Of a stretch of DNA of 64,000 bases, positions 20,594 through 29,481 are shown piece by piece. The stretch spans positions 248,001 to 312,000 of the IMG/VR virus record IMGVR_UViG_3300049001_000044, one strand, 5' to 3'. Both the position numbers and the translations under genes were made by a program. The first letter of the stretch is position 1, and each line of letters starts with the position of its first letter. The notes below the pieces were generated by a model. It saw only the letters and a list, made by a program, of their open reading frames with translations, did no database searches and was not told where the DNA came from.

Positions 20594-22357
20594 ATGAGAC
20601 TTAATGGCAATCTCGTACTCAACTCGGACGCGTCTGGAGAAATTCAACACGCATATATCGAACGCCTGGCTGCGGCGCCTACGTTCGATGCTCTGCAGAA
20701 GGGTCGTATCTACTTCAATACTAATAGCTCGTTGTATTACTACAACGACGGCGCGGCTTGGGCACCGTTCGCAACTGGCGGCAATGCAGCAGCACTGCAG
20801 TCAGAAGTTGACGCTATCGAAGCATCGCTTGGCGGTCTGGTAAATGCTGACGGAACGTACGTTGCTGGCGCCCTCACCGGCTCCCTGGCAGGAACTGCTT
20901 CCCTTACCGACGCCATCCAAAAACTGCAAGCACTGGCTGATGCTAACGCATCCGCTATTTCGGCCGAAGTTGCTGACCGTCAGGCAGCAATCACCGCTGA
21001 AGAAACCGCTCGTACCGAAGCTGACACTGCAGAAGCTACTGCTCGTGCAGCAGCCGACCAGACGCTGACCGATAACCTCGCAGCAGAAGTCACCCGCGCA
21101 ACCGACGCTGAGGCAGCTCTTGGCACTCGCGTTGACGGCGTTGACGCTGACCTCACCGCAGAAGTAACCCGTGCTACTTCCGCTGAGGCTGCTCTTGGTA
21201 CCCGCGTTGACGGCGTTGCAGCTGATCTGGCGCAAGAAGTTACCGACCGCGAAACCGCAGACACCAATCTGCAGCTCGCAGTTGATGGTAAAGTCTCGAA
21301 AGCTGGCGACACCATGTCTGGCCAGCTTGCAATGGGCGGCAACAAGATCATCGGCGTGGGAGCTCCTACCCAAGCTGACGATGCAGTCAACAAGAACTAC
21401 GTTGATTCGCTGCTCTCCGGTCTGACCTGGGAAGCGCCAGTTGACGAAATCGTTGCTGACGCAACCGCAGTTGATCTGACTGGTAAAGCAGATGGCTACC
21501 GTATCGTCGACACCACCGCTAAGAAGATCTTCACCGTCGCTGGTGGCGCTCTTGACGCAGGTGAAGACCTGGTAGAAGGCGCAGCACTCTTCCACAAGGG
21601 TGACGAGCAAGGCTTCGTATTCAACGGCACTGATCTGGTCCAGTTCACTGGTACCGGTCAAATCGCTGCTGGTATCGGCCTGGTTAAAGTTGGTAACCAA
21701 CTTGACGTTAACCTCGGTGCAGGTATTGCACAGCTGCCAACCGACGAAGTCGGCGTCGACGTTCTCGGCACTGGTGGTCTGTTCCTCACCATCGACGGCG
21801 TAACTCCTTCGACCGATTCCGCTTCGCAGCTGTCTGTAAAGCTGGACGGCGATACCCTGACCCGCGGCGAAAACGGCCTGAAGGTTTCGAATGCTGTTAT
21901 CCAGTCCATCTCTGATGCAGCTGGCGCAGCAGCAACCGAACAGACCCGTGCAGAAGCGGCTGAAGGTGCTCTCGGTACTCGTATCGACGGCGTTGAAGGT
22001 GATCTGGCCCAGGAAGTTACCGATCGCACCGCAGCAGACACCGCTCTGGACGGTAAGATCGCAACCGAAACTTCGGATCGTCAAGCTGCTGACACCACCC
22101 TGCAGGGCAACATCGACGCAACCAATGTTCGCATTGGCAAGATGTACTTCTTGTACGAAGCAGGTGCTGCTGCAACGGTTCACACCGTTACTCACAACCT
22201 GGGTCAGAAGTACTGCAACGTGACCATCGTCGACGACACCGACAACGTGGTGATCCCACAGTCGATCGTGTTCGATTCGGATAACCAACTCACTGTGTCC
22301 TTCACCTCTGCTCTGCAGTGCAAGGCCATCGTGATGGGTCTGGCAGTTGTAGCCTAA
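20594..22357 (+). CDS. Long coiled-coil fibre/whisker protein
   Basis: Ala-rich AEVTRAT.AEAAL repeats, KVSKAGDTMSGQL and DAVNKNYVD fibre motifs, C-terminal THNLG module; SD aggag. Confidence 0.8.
   Translation: MRLNGNLVLNSDASGEIQHAYIERLAAAPTFDALQKGRIYFNTNSSLYYYNDGAAWAPFATGGNAAALQSEVDAIEASLGGLVNADGTYVAGALTGSLAGTASLTDAIQKLQALADANASAISAEVADRQAAITAEETARTEADTAEATARAAADQTLTDNLAAEVTRATDAEAALGTRVDGVDADLTAEVTRATSAEAALGTRVDGVAADLAQEVTDRETADTNLQLAVDGKVSKAGDTMSGQLAMGGNKIIGVGAPTQADDAVNKNYVDSLLSGLTWEAPVDEIVADATAVDLTGKADGYRIVDTTAKKIFTVAGGALDAGEDLVEGAALFHKGDEQGFVFNGTDLVQFTGTGQIAAGIGLVKVGNQLDVNLGAGIAQLPTDEVGVDVLGTGGLFLTIDGVTPSTDSASQLSVKLDGDTLTRGENGLKVSNAVIQSISDAAGAAATEQTRAEAAEGALGTRIDGVEGDLAQEVTDRTAADTALDGKIATETSDRQAADTTLQGNIDATNVRIGKMYFLYEAGAAATVHTVTHNLGQKYCNVTIVDDTDNVVIPQSIVFDSDNQLTVSFTSALQCKAIVMGLAVVA
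21083..21250 (+). repeat. Intragenic 75-nt (25-aa) tandem repeat
   Basis: Units start at 21083, 21158 and 21233 (AEVTRATDAEAALGTRVDGVDADLT); a further diverged copy near 21930-22050. Confidence 0.8.
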
Positions 22358-22392
22358 TCAGCAAAACAACTAATTTGGCTTAAGGGCTGAAT

Positions 22393-22422
22393 GAGGGGAG
22401 CTTCGGCTCCCCTTCTCTTTTT
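22393..22422 (+). terminator. Intrinsic terminator
   Basis: ggggagc-ttcg-gctcccc followed by a T-rich run. Confidence 0.8.
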
Positions 22423-22434
22423 CAGGTTGAGCCA

Positions 22435-22440
22435 TAAATA
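22435..22440 (+). promoter_or_regulatory. T4-like late promoter core
   Basis: cataaata immediately after the terminator, upstream of 22477. Confidence 0.65.
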
Positions 22441-22476
22441 GAGCACGTAGTTAATTTTTAGTTCAAAGGGGACACC

Positions 22477-23082
22477 ATGAAATTTTTCGGCGACGCCCAT
22501 CTTCAACAAAATAACCTCAGAGAAGCGGTCATCCCGCTGGACACCTCCTTCCCAACTAATCCAAAGGTTGGTCAGCTGGCGTTCACCGGCCGTATCCTGT
22601 ACATCTGCGTAGAAATCATGGCTGACGGTATGCCTGTGTGGGTACCAATGACGCAGGAAATTACTGCGTTCACGTTTGTACAGAGCACAGAGTCGTCTAC
22701 TTGGGTCATCAACCACAACCTCAATACTACCAGCGTTAGCCCAACGGTTTACGATGAACTGGGTCGTGTTGTTATCCCAAGCGAAATCACGGTCAACAGC
22801 GCTTCACAAGTCACTGTCGACTTTGGTACCCCTGCTAAGGGTAAAGTTGTTCTGGTGTCTGGTCACTTCGATGGTCAGCTAAAGCCAACATACGCATTTG
22901 AGTTCTACCAAACCAATCCTTCGACTACTTGGGTGGTTGATCACGGTCTTGGACGTCAGCCTATCGTCCGTGTGTTTGTCGGTAATCAGGAAGTTCAGCC
23001 AGAGACCGTCACATTTGACTCGATGGATACCATCACCATCACGTTCTCGACTCCGCAGGTTGGACAGGTTAAGCTTATCTAA
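22477..23082 (+). CDS. Fibre-associated protein with two ~65-aa 'HNL' modules
   Basis: WVINHNLN... and WVVDHGLG... modules. Confidence 0.7.
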   Translation: MKFFGDAHLQQNNLREAVIPLDTSFPTNPKVGQLAFTGRILYICVEIMADGMPVWVPMTQEITAFTFVQSTESSTWVINHNLNTTSVSPTVYDELGRVVIPSEITVNSASQVTVDFGTPAKGKVVLVSGHFDGQLKPTYAFEFYQTNPSTTWVVDHGLGRQPIVRVFVGNQEVQPETVTFDSMDTITITFSTPQVGQVKLI

Positions 23083-23093
23083 GGGAGGTTATT

Positions 23094-23330
23094 ATGAGAC
23101 TCATCCCTGGAGTTTATCGTCACTCGCAAGCAATTGCGATGGATACGTGGACGATTAAGCATAACCTTGGTAGCAACGGAACCAAAGGCGTACCAATTGT
23201 TGATGTGACCGTTACTGACAGCGGTAAAGTTCAGAAGCTCATACCTGCAGGTGTTGAGATCGTTGATAAGGACAACCTTATCATTCGATTCTCGGCACCG
23301 CGTAGCGGCTCTGCAACCATCATTGCCTAA
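23094..23330 (+). CDS. Single 'HNL' module protein
   Basis: WTIKHNLG...IIRFSAPRSGSA; SD ggagg. Confidence 0.7.
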   Translation: MRLIPGVYRHSQAIAMDTWTIKHNLGSNGTKGVPIVDVTVTDSGKVQKLIPAGVEIVDKDNLIIRFSAPRSGSATIIA

Positions 23331-23341
23331 AGGAGGTAAAC

Positions 23342-23575
23342 ATGGCTTATGGCGGAGTTCAATCGAAGGTGTTCACGTTTGACGTGGCCTCGGATACGTG
23401 GACGGTCAATCACAATATGGGTCTTATCCCAGTGGCTGATGTTCGAGCAAGCGTTGATGGCGAGATTACGAAGGTTTATCCGTTGTCTATGGTTTATCCA
23501 GACGTCAACACGATCGTAATTCAATGGTCTGTTCCCAGAACAGGCTCAGTCTTGCTGGCGACGGCTCAGGTGTAA
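23342..23575 (+). CDS. Single 'HNL' module protein
   Basis: WTVNHNMG...VIQWSVPRTGSV; SD aggagg. Confidence 0.7.
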   Translation: MAYGGVQSKVFTFDVASDTWTVNHNMGLIPVADVRASVDGEITKVYPLSMVYPDVNTIVIQWSVPRTGSVLLATAQV

Positions 23576-23580
23576 ATAAG

Positions 23581-23611
23581 AGGGAGAGCTTCGGCTCTCC
23601 TTCTTTCATTT
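23581..23611 (+). terminator. Intrinsic terminator preceded by TAAATA (23573-23578)
   Basis: ggagagc-ttcg-gctctcc plus T-rich tail. Confidence 0.75.
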
Positions 23612-23626
23612 TATCTGGAGAAAATC

Positions 23627-24094
23627 ATGAGCGCATTACTTGCCCTAATCTTGGGTGGCGGTCAAGGGACCAAAATCTCTGCCATCGTTGGTGCTGTACT
23701 TCTCACCCTTGCAACAACTTTCATCGGCTTGAAGCTGATCGAAATTCACGAATTGAATAGCAAGGTCGAAACACAGGCGAAACAAATCGCCGACCTTACG
23801 CTTGACAACAAGATCCTAACAGAGAACAACAAGGTGCTGAAGCAGAATCAAGGCACGTTGGTCGACTCCAACCAAACCAACTACGACACTGCGAAAAAGC
23901 TTGATGAGGAAAGAGCCACATCTAAGGCAGCTATCGCCTCGCTCGCTGCGCAGAATACCAAGAGCAAAGAAGCGCTGGACACCCTACGCAAGACCGTCGC
24001 GGCTCTTGCAAAGGATCCTAACAATGATGGCCCAGTTGCTGAAGTGCTGAAAGAAACCATCCGTCAAATCCAAGCGAATAGGGATTCCAAATGA
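23627..24094 (+). CDS. i-spanin (Rz-like)
   Basis: N-terminal TM helix followed by a long coiled coil; overlaps a downstream lipoprotein gene. Confidence 0.8.
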   Translation: MSALLALILGGGQGTKISAIVGAVLLTLATTFIGLKLIEIHELNSKVETQAKQIADLTLDNKILTENNKVLKQNQGTLVDSNQTNYDTAKKLDEERATSKAAIASLAAQNTKSKEALDTLRKTVAALAKDPNNDGPVAEVLKETIRQIQANRDSK

Positions 24095-24408
24095 AGCGTC
24101 TAATCCTTACCCTTCCTATCCTCCTCGCCGCATGTGGTCACGTTCCTCCTAAGCCAGAGCCAATCGTTGTTCCTCGTATGGAGTACGTCATCAAGGTTCC
24201 GCCTGCTGAGACCATGCGACTGCCTGCCAAGCCAGCGAAGATCGATGTGGACAAAACGGACTTGAAGCAAAGTGATGTCGCCAACTTCATGAGCAATTCT
24301 GAGGACTACACTATTCAGTTGGAAAACAAGCTCATCACCATTGCCAAGTTCTTCACCGACGAACAGCAAAAGCTGGACGACAAAGCCAAGAAAGAGAATA
24401 GCAAATGA
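24091..24408 (+). CDS. o-spanin (Rz1-like lipoprotein)
   Basis: Signal peptide with lipobox LAAC; Pro-rich mature region. Confidence 0.8.
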   Translation: MKRLILTLPILLAACGHVPPKPEPIVVPRMEYVIKVPPAETMRLPAKPAKIDVDKTDLKQSDVANFMSNSEDYTIQLENKLITIAKFFTDEQQKLDDKAKKENSK

Positions 24409-26012
24409 GTTGCAATTGCCCGCCTCCAGAGCGCACATCGCTCTGGACTCCCATTCCTCAACTGAGACAGCCAACAGACATGCTGCCTGGTGAGAACATT
24501 GACTGCTTCGCGCGGCGAGCTGGTGATCCAACTGGCCAGCAAGATGACGCGCGACAGGATCCAGAAAATCGAATTCAAAACACCTCCATTAAAGTGGTGA
24601 AAGCCGCTGATGGTAAGCACTTCAAGGTGGATGAAGAGATGACCCTATCGAAAGGACCGCGCAATGCTAAGAAGTGGAAGATCAATCCACCAACCGGGTC
24701 GCTAACCATCAATGACGAAGGCAAGCTGACGGGGTCCATTGACGAAGGGACTTATAAGGTGACTGTCACTGTAAGCGATGATGAAGGAGATATCGACAGT
24801 AGAGAATTTACCGTCGTTGCTGCAGAGGCTAAGAAGGGTGAAAGCATTTCCCTTTGCATTCCATACGTCAGCACGAATGGTCAAACGCCACGAGTCAACT
24901 CTGGCTTCGGTCCTCGCATGCACCCTATCCACAAAGTGATGAAGCTGCACAAAGGCCAGGATTGGGTTGGTGGCAGACAGGGTAAGATCGTCGCGGCCGC
25001 CGATGGCGAGGTCGTGTTCTGTGGTAATGCTGGTGCATACGGTAACCAAATTAGAATCAACCACCTAGCTGCTGACGGTTCGATCATTGTTCAAACTACC
25101 TACAACCACCTCTCACAAATCCTCGTTACTAGGGGTCAGAAGGTTGCTCAAGGCCAGGCAGTCGGTAAGGAAGGTTCAACTGGTGCGTCGACTGGTAATC
25201 ACCTCCACTTTGAAGTGCTACTGGGCGGTAAGCAACACGTTGACCCAGCTCCCTACCTCAGTGGAACTTTCACCGTCCAACCACCAGCGCAGGCAGATGG
25301 AACGCAACCACCTCCTAAGACGGTCGATAACAGCGGTGGCGCTGCGGCGCCTATTACACTTAGCGAGACGAACGCCCGCACTGCAAGTGACTGCCCTCAA
25401 GTGCTAGACTCGGGCGCGACGCCGGTGAATAGTAACTCAAGCTACCCACAACCAGGTGACGACTTCAAAAACCAGGCCGCCACGACAAGCGACTGCAAGC
25501 CAGAGAAGAGACCTTCTTATTCAGAAGTAAGTGCGATGATTGATGAGGCGCTCAACGGCGCAGCGGGATTGGACGCAGAGGATAAGAAACTGATTCGCTT
25601 CATTGCACAGATTGAGAGTAGGTTCGATCCATACGCGAAGAACCCAACAAGTTCGGCGATGGGATTGTATCAGATGTTGGACAAGATTGCGGTAAAGTAC
25701 TTCGGCATTATCGGCGTTCCACCAACATGCGTTAACCGATGCAATGCTAAGTACGCAACACAGGCGATGATCGAGTTCTACAAGAGGGAATTGAAGTCGT
25801 ACTACGATGGATACAAGGCGTCGGGTGGAACAAAGATTGCTAATAAGCCGATCAAGCCAACACCACATAGCCAACGCTATCCATCTCTGTCAAAGGGAGA
25901 GTTCTGTTATGGACTCATTCACCATGATGGAGTTGGTAGCGCTGTGAATGGAAAGGATCTACAGGGCGTAGACTATTTCCGTAAGAAGGTTAAAGAGACT
26001 GGCTTTGCTTAA
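24405..26012 (+). CDS. Multidomain peptidoglycan hydrolase: Ig-like + M23 peptidase + lytic transglycosylase
   Basis: M23 motifs HKGQD and STGNHLHFE; SLT motifs IAQIESRFDPYA and AMGLYQML; coupled to the o-spanin stop (ATGA). Confidence 0.85.
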   Translation: MSCNCPPPERTSLWTPIPQLRQPTDMLPGENIDCFARRAGDPTGQQDDARQDPENRIQNTSIKVVKAADGKHFKVDEEMTLSKGPRNAKKWKINPPTGSLTINDEGKLTGSIDEGTYKVTVTVSDDEGDIDSREFTVVAAEAKKGESISLCIPYVSTNGQTPRVNSGFGPRMHPIHKVMKLHKGQDWVGGRQGKIVAAADGEVVFCGNAGAYGNQIRINHLAADGSIIVQTTYNHLSQILVTRGQKVAQGQAVGKEGSTGASTGNHLHFEVLLGGKQHVDPAPYLSGTFTVQPPAQADGTQPPPKTVDNSGGAAAPITLSETNARTASDCPQVLDSGATPVNSNSSYPQPGDDFKNQAATTSDCKPEKRPSYSEVSAMIDEALNGAAGLDAEDKKLIRFIAQIESRFDPYAKNPTSSAMGLYQMLDKIAVKYFGIIGVPPTCVNRCNAKYATQAMIEFYKRELKSYYDGYKASGGTKIANKPIKPTPHSQRYPSLSKGEFCYGLIHHDGVGSAVNGKDLQGVDYFRKKVKETGFA

Positions 26013-26262
26013 GTCTACTTTCTTCAATGAACTCCCGAAGAGCAAGATTGGACAGGGAGCGAAGGTAGTCTTGGAGTAGATCAGCCGTCCACTCTTCTTC
26101 CGAGTTGATGAGGAGTGGGCCTTCAGCCATGTTCACTTTCGCGAACATCGACATCCCAAAGAGGACCCCTTTCGTTTCATCGTCATCAGCATTGACTTGA
26201 TGCCACGATGCGACATAGGGTCCTTTTAGCGTGGGCCGAATGGTGAAAAGATATTTGTTCAA
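25990..26262 (-). CDS. Hypothetical protein
   Basis: 90-aa ORF coupled to the upstream gene; 3' end overlaps the lysin 3' end. Confidence 0.6.
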   Translation of the reverse strand: MNKYLFTIRPTLKGPYVASWHQVNADDDETKGVLFGMSMFAKVNMAEGPLLINSEEEWTADLLQDYLRSLSNLALREFIEESRLKQSQSL

Positions 26263-26780
26263 AAGTAAGCTCCTTCTTCAAGAGTTCGCACCCCGAGTTC
26301 CCAACCAAGGAACTCAATCAATGGGTACTCCTCACTGTTCTTAAAGCGTTTGTGGTATTGAGGGTGATCGAACTTGTAGTATTCGTACCCATACTCACAC
26401 GCGGCCTCGTACCACTTCGCAGCATTCCCACCAAGGCAGATCGTCTTATCCGCTTCCAACTTATCTAAGATAGTTGGATCTAACGGTACTCCATCCTTGT
26501 CAGCAGAGTTAATCCAAATGAGCCGCTCTTCTGGAATCTGCGCCACGTAAAGAGCTGCGTTTAGCCATCCACTGCAATGCTTCGTTGAGTAGAAGGGAGT
26601 ATGATGGTAGTTGGGGTCTTGTGGTGCGGAAGGACCAGGCCGATCCCCAATGATCAAGATACTGCCCTTGACCCACTGAGGATCATTCATTGCCTTCAAG
26701 TAGTTTCGTTTTCGTACTTCTAAGTTGCGAGCTACTGCGCGCTTGCCATCTTCGTTAAGCGCAGGGTACGACACTCTCAC
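26259..26780 (-). CDS. Uracil-DNA glycosylase-superfamily-like protein
   Basis: IIGDRPG...PF, ICLGGNA and HP(Q)Y motifs in the UDG-fold order. Confidence 0.6.
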   Translation of the reverse strand: MRVSYPALNEDGKRAVARNLEVRKRNYLKAMNDPQWVKGSILIIGDRPGPSAPQDPNYHHTPFYSTKHCSGWLNAALYVAQIPEERLIWINSADKDGVPLDPTILDKLEADKTICLGGNAAKWYEAACEYGYEYYKFDHPQYHKRFKNSEEYPLIEFLGWELGVRTLEEGAYF

Positions 26781-27199
26781 TTTAGCTCTCGCTTGTAGTA
26801 GAAGGAGATGATTTCATCCCAGTCCTTATCGGGATCGAAGCCTGCCTTGTCATCGAGCAACACACTGAAGTAGAACTTCTTGTCGAAGCAGCCAGTCTTC
26901 GTGTTCTTTTCCAATGGATTAGCATTGAATGCCAGCACATCGATCCCATGCGACTTGAAGAACTCGATGATGGTTGGTTGCTCTTCTTCATGCGCCGAAG
27001 ACCACAAGATGATCTTGTTTTCTGGCTGGGCCGCGATCATCCTTAGCGCGCGAGCCGCGGTGTCGTTGATCCACGTGTAGCCACCCTGTTCATAGTTCGA
27101 GACGAGGCAGACACCGTGCAGATCCACTGCCCAATAAATGGTGTCCCATCCACGCTTTTCCATGATGTCGTAGGATCGTTGGATTGCATCAAGCAGCAT
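26777..27199 (-). CDS. HAD-like phosphatase family phage protein
   Basis: AVDLHGV (variant motif I), ILWSS, K.Y...LLDDKAGF. Confidence 0.6.
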   Translation of the reverse strand: MLLDAIQRSYDIMEKRGWDTIYWAVDLHGVCLVSNYEQGGYTWINDTAARALRMIAAQPENKIILWSSAHEEEQPTIIEFFKSHGIDVLAFNANPLEKNTKTGCFDKKFYFSVLLDDKAGFDPDKDWDEIISFYYKRELK

Positions 27200-27755
27200 A
27201 GTAAATCTCCGCGAAGTTGAAAGGGATGATGTCCTCGGTCAGCCAGACGCCATTGCTCGACAGGTAGAACTTCACACCCGTCTTCCACAGATCGTATGCG
27301 CGAATCCGAAGGATGATAGGCACGCCGCGCTTGCCACGACCACCCACGTCTTCTGCTGTGTTCGTGTCGAGAGACAGATGAACGTGATTCCTACTCATGG
27401 GCTTGATGCCTTCCACCTTGATGAACTCGATTGCCTTCTTCGAAGTGCCATGGTAGAGGTAGGTGGGAGGAGTGAGCGACTGCATTTCCAGATCGACATC
27501 GATGCTGTGACCTTGATTTGCGCGCACGTAATTCATGTCGGCGTTCTCAAAAGAATACCGTGACTTCTCGTCGGTGAAGACGATCTCCTTGATGTCATCA
27601 AAAGAGAATGGGTTACAGGGGTATTTCCCACTCCTGCTGTTGTCGATGATCTGCTGGACTTCGACGTAGCCCTGTGCGTCCATCGTCAGGCCCAGTGCGT
27701 CGGGTTTATGGCGCAGCAGTAGGGATAGGAACTTACTTTTCTTGTTGAGGCTCAT
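27189..27755 (-). CDS. kptA: RNA 2'-phosphotransferase Tpt1/KptA
   Basis: LLRHKP, DEKSRY, RANQGHS, LYHGT, RNHVHLS, NGVWLT motifs. Confidence 0.95.
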   Translation of the reverse strand: MSLNKKSKFLSLLLRHKPDALGLTMDAQGYVEVQQIIDNSRSGKYPCNPFSFDDIKEIVFTDEKSRYSFENADMNYVRANQGHSIDVDLEMQSLTPPTYLYHGTSKKAIEFIKVEGIKPMSRNHVHLSLDTNTAEDVGGRGKRGVPIILRIRAYDLWKTGVKFYLSSNGVWLTEDIIPFNFAEIYYAA

Positions 27756-27945
27756 TCTTGCTCCGATATTTGTCGTAGGCCTTCATCACGCCCTTCTGGA
27801 TGATGCCACTTGCCGCATCTTTTGCCATACTTCCGGCGTTGGCCATCACTTGGCGAACCTTATACACACCGTACATGTAGGTCAGGAACAGTCCTGCCAG
27901 GAAGCCAAAGAATCCGCCAACAAAGAAACCTAATACGTGTTCCAT
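27733..27945 (-). CDS. Small membrane protein
   Basis: ATG at 27945 with SD aaggt; N-terminal TM helix. Confidence 0.65.
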   Translation of the reverse strand: MEHVLGFFVGGFFGFLAGLFLTYMYGVYKVRQVMANAGSMAKDAASGIIQKGVMKAYDKYRSKNEPQQEK

Positions 27946-27972
27946 GTTTACCTTTCTTCTTAAGATACTATC

Positions 27973-28004
27973 ATTGTAAATCGACATCAATCATACAAAA
28001 ACTA
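27973..28004 (-). promoter_or_regulatory. Putative phage early/middle promoter tagttttt-N18-tacaat
   Basis: Same geometry at 38597, 43949 and 57388. Confidence 0.6.
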
Positions 28005-28005
28005 A

Positions 28006-28092
28006 AAGGCCCAGAGGTGTTAGCTCTGGGCCTTAATGACTTCTATGTCGAATTTTGCAGGAGGTCTCTGGGGTCCTCTGGTGACCTCAGAG
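28006..28092 (+). repeat. Dispersed structured intergenic repeat, copy 2 (includes a minus-strand terminator-like hairpin)
   Basis: aaggcccagag-gtgttag-ctctgggcctt hairpin, then gcaggaggtctctggggtcctctggt. Confidence 0.7.
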
Positions 28093-28097
28093 CTATA

Positions 28098-28412
28098 TCA
28101 CTGACGATACTTTGAGTTGTCTACATCAGCTTTAGCAAGATGAGACTTCGCAAGATCTTCCTCAGCGCGTTTAGCCATGTTAGCCGCAACGCGAGGGTTC
28201 TTGAATTGGTGCTCTTGGCTGATTCGAATCCAATCAAATTCAGCAGTGTCATGGGCTTGATGAGCGGCTTTGCTGTCCTCATCATCCTTGCCCTTGTACT
28301 TCAACGCCATTTCCTTGTGCCACTTTGCGCGAGCGTAAGCGTCGTCGCGCTGCTTCTTCATTAGGGCTTCGGCCTCGAAGTCGGTTCTTTCCAGTAGTTC
28401 TCTGATCTTCAC
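28098..28412 (-). CDS. Small helical protein with capsid-targeting-like leader
   Basis: GTG start coupled to the upstream stop; MKIRELLE|R. Confidence 0.7.
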   Translation of the reverse strand: MKIRELLERTDFEAEALMKKQRDDAYARAKWHKEMALKYKGKDDEDSKAAHQAHDTAEFDWIRISQEHQFKNPRVAANMAKRAEEDLAKSHLAKADVDNSKYRQ

Positions 28413-29047
28413 ATGAACTCCGCAAGCCAGTCACTCCAACGCCCAGGGAAATTGGATGGCTGGTAGAACCACATGCCACCGTCCTTGGTCTTGATGTTGA
28501 TGTTCAGCTTAATTTGATACAGCGAGCCAAGCAGAATTGGGGAAATAGTGTTAATGAAGTGTGGGCCTGCAGGCATCAGCACTAGAGTGCCACGCTGTGG
28601 AACGAGGGAGAAGTTGTATGCAGGGAATTCCAGCTTGCCGCCCAATACTTCATGGCGTGGATCAAGTGGCACATCGCTGTTGAAATCCTTCAACCAAACA
28701 TAGCCCACCAAATCTACGTCCTTGGTTTTTACCCACTTCTTGCGGACGTATTGGGAGCTTTCGCAGCCCGGCTGTTCTGCTGGTGCTTTCGCATTCTCAG
28801 GATAGAACTGGAACAGCGGTTTCTCTAGACGACGATAGGTCGCATCGTATCGCGCCTCAATGTCTGGGATGATCTCATGGAATCGCTCGATGATTTCCTG
28901 TTCCCATTGTAGGCAGTGACGCTCAGTTTTGATCGGATCGCCGTTTCGATCGACATCGGGCTGCTGAATCTCGATGTCTTTTATGATACTCTCGCAGATA
29001 AGCGGAGAGAGAAAATCCTGTTGAATGAGGAATGGACTCTTCTTCAT
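28409..29047 (-). CDS. 2OG-Fe(II) oxygenase-fold protein, metal ligands apparently lost
   Basis: DFLSP..C, YVWLKD, GGKLEFP, PQRGTLVLMP scaffold; no HxD motif. Confidence 0.6.
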   Translation of the reverse strand: MKKSPFLIQQDFLSPLICESIIKDIEIQQPDVDRNGDPIKTERHCLQWEQEIIERFHEIIPDIEARYDATYRRLEKPLFQFYPENAKAPAEQPGCESSQYVRKKWVKTKDVDLVGYVWLKDFNSDVPLDPRHEVLGGKLEFPAYNFSLVPQRGTLVLMPAGPHFINTISPILLGSLYQIKLNINIKTKDGGMWFYQPSNFPGRWSDWLAEFM

Positions 29048-29079
29048 TATGCCTCTAAGATAGAACGATTTGATTGGCG

Positions 29080-29085
29080 TATTTA
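29080..29085 (-). promoter_or_regulatory. T4-like late promoter core
   Basis: taaata upstream of 29047. Confidence 0.55.
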
Positions 29086-29121
29086 GCCTTGGAAAGAACG
29101 AGTATGTTCAGGACACACTCG

Positions 29122-29481
29122 TTACTTGTCCGCCTGCTGAGTTTGCTGTGGGGCCACAGACTTGTAAGTCTGGAAGGCGGAGTAGTAGAGAGGAAATGCG
29201 CCAATCGCTAGGATGGCTGCGACCACACCAGAGACAACAGCGGCTGTGACCTTCTTACGAACCTCGTCAAGCACTTCCTGATATGGCTTGAACTGTTCTT
29301 TGGTCATGTACTTCTTGTCTGCGTCGTCCTTGATCGACTTCAGTGCGTCTTCAAACTTTCGTTCCATAGAACGAAGGTGATCGGACACGTCCTCAAACTT
29401 CTCCTCCATTGACTCAAACTTGGTCGTCAAGCGGATCAGCAAGTCTCTGTCAGAGCGCGGGTAATCTTGTTGCGTCGGCAT
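29122..29481 (-). CDS. Coiled-coil protein with C-terminal TM helix (holin-like candidate)
   Basis: ATG at 29481 (ORF track start 29514); XhlA-like architecture; TAAATA at 29538-29543. Confidence 0.5.
   Translation of the reverse strand: MPTQQDYPRSDRDLLIRLTTKFESMEEKFEDVSDHLRSMERKFEDALKSIKDDADKKYMTKEQFKPYQEVLDEVRKKVTAAVVSGVVAAILAIGAFPLYYSAFQTYKSVAPQQTQQADK

Noticed and set aside
21083-21250. 75-nt repeats as a possible CRISPR array or DGR target
   Set aside because: In-frame coding repeats with mostly synonymous differences, no unique spacers, and no cas or reverse transcriptase gene in the window
20801-22288. 495-aa minus-strand ORF and other long antisense ORFs (10874..12265, 44104..45009, 58008..59051)
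   Set aside because: Shadow frames opposite well-supported genes; biased codon usage suppresses antisense stops; no SD or motifs
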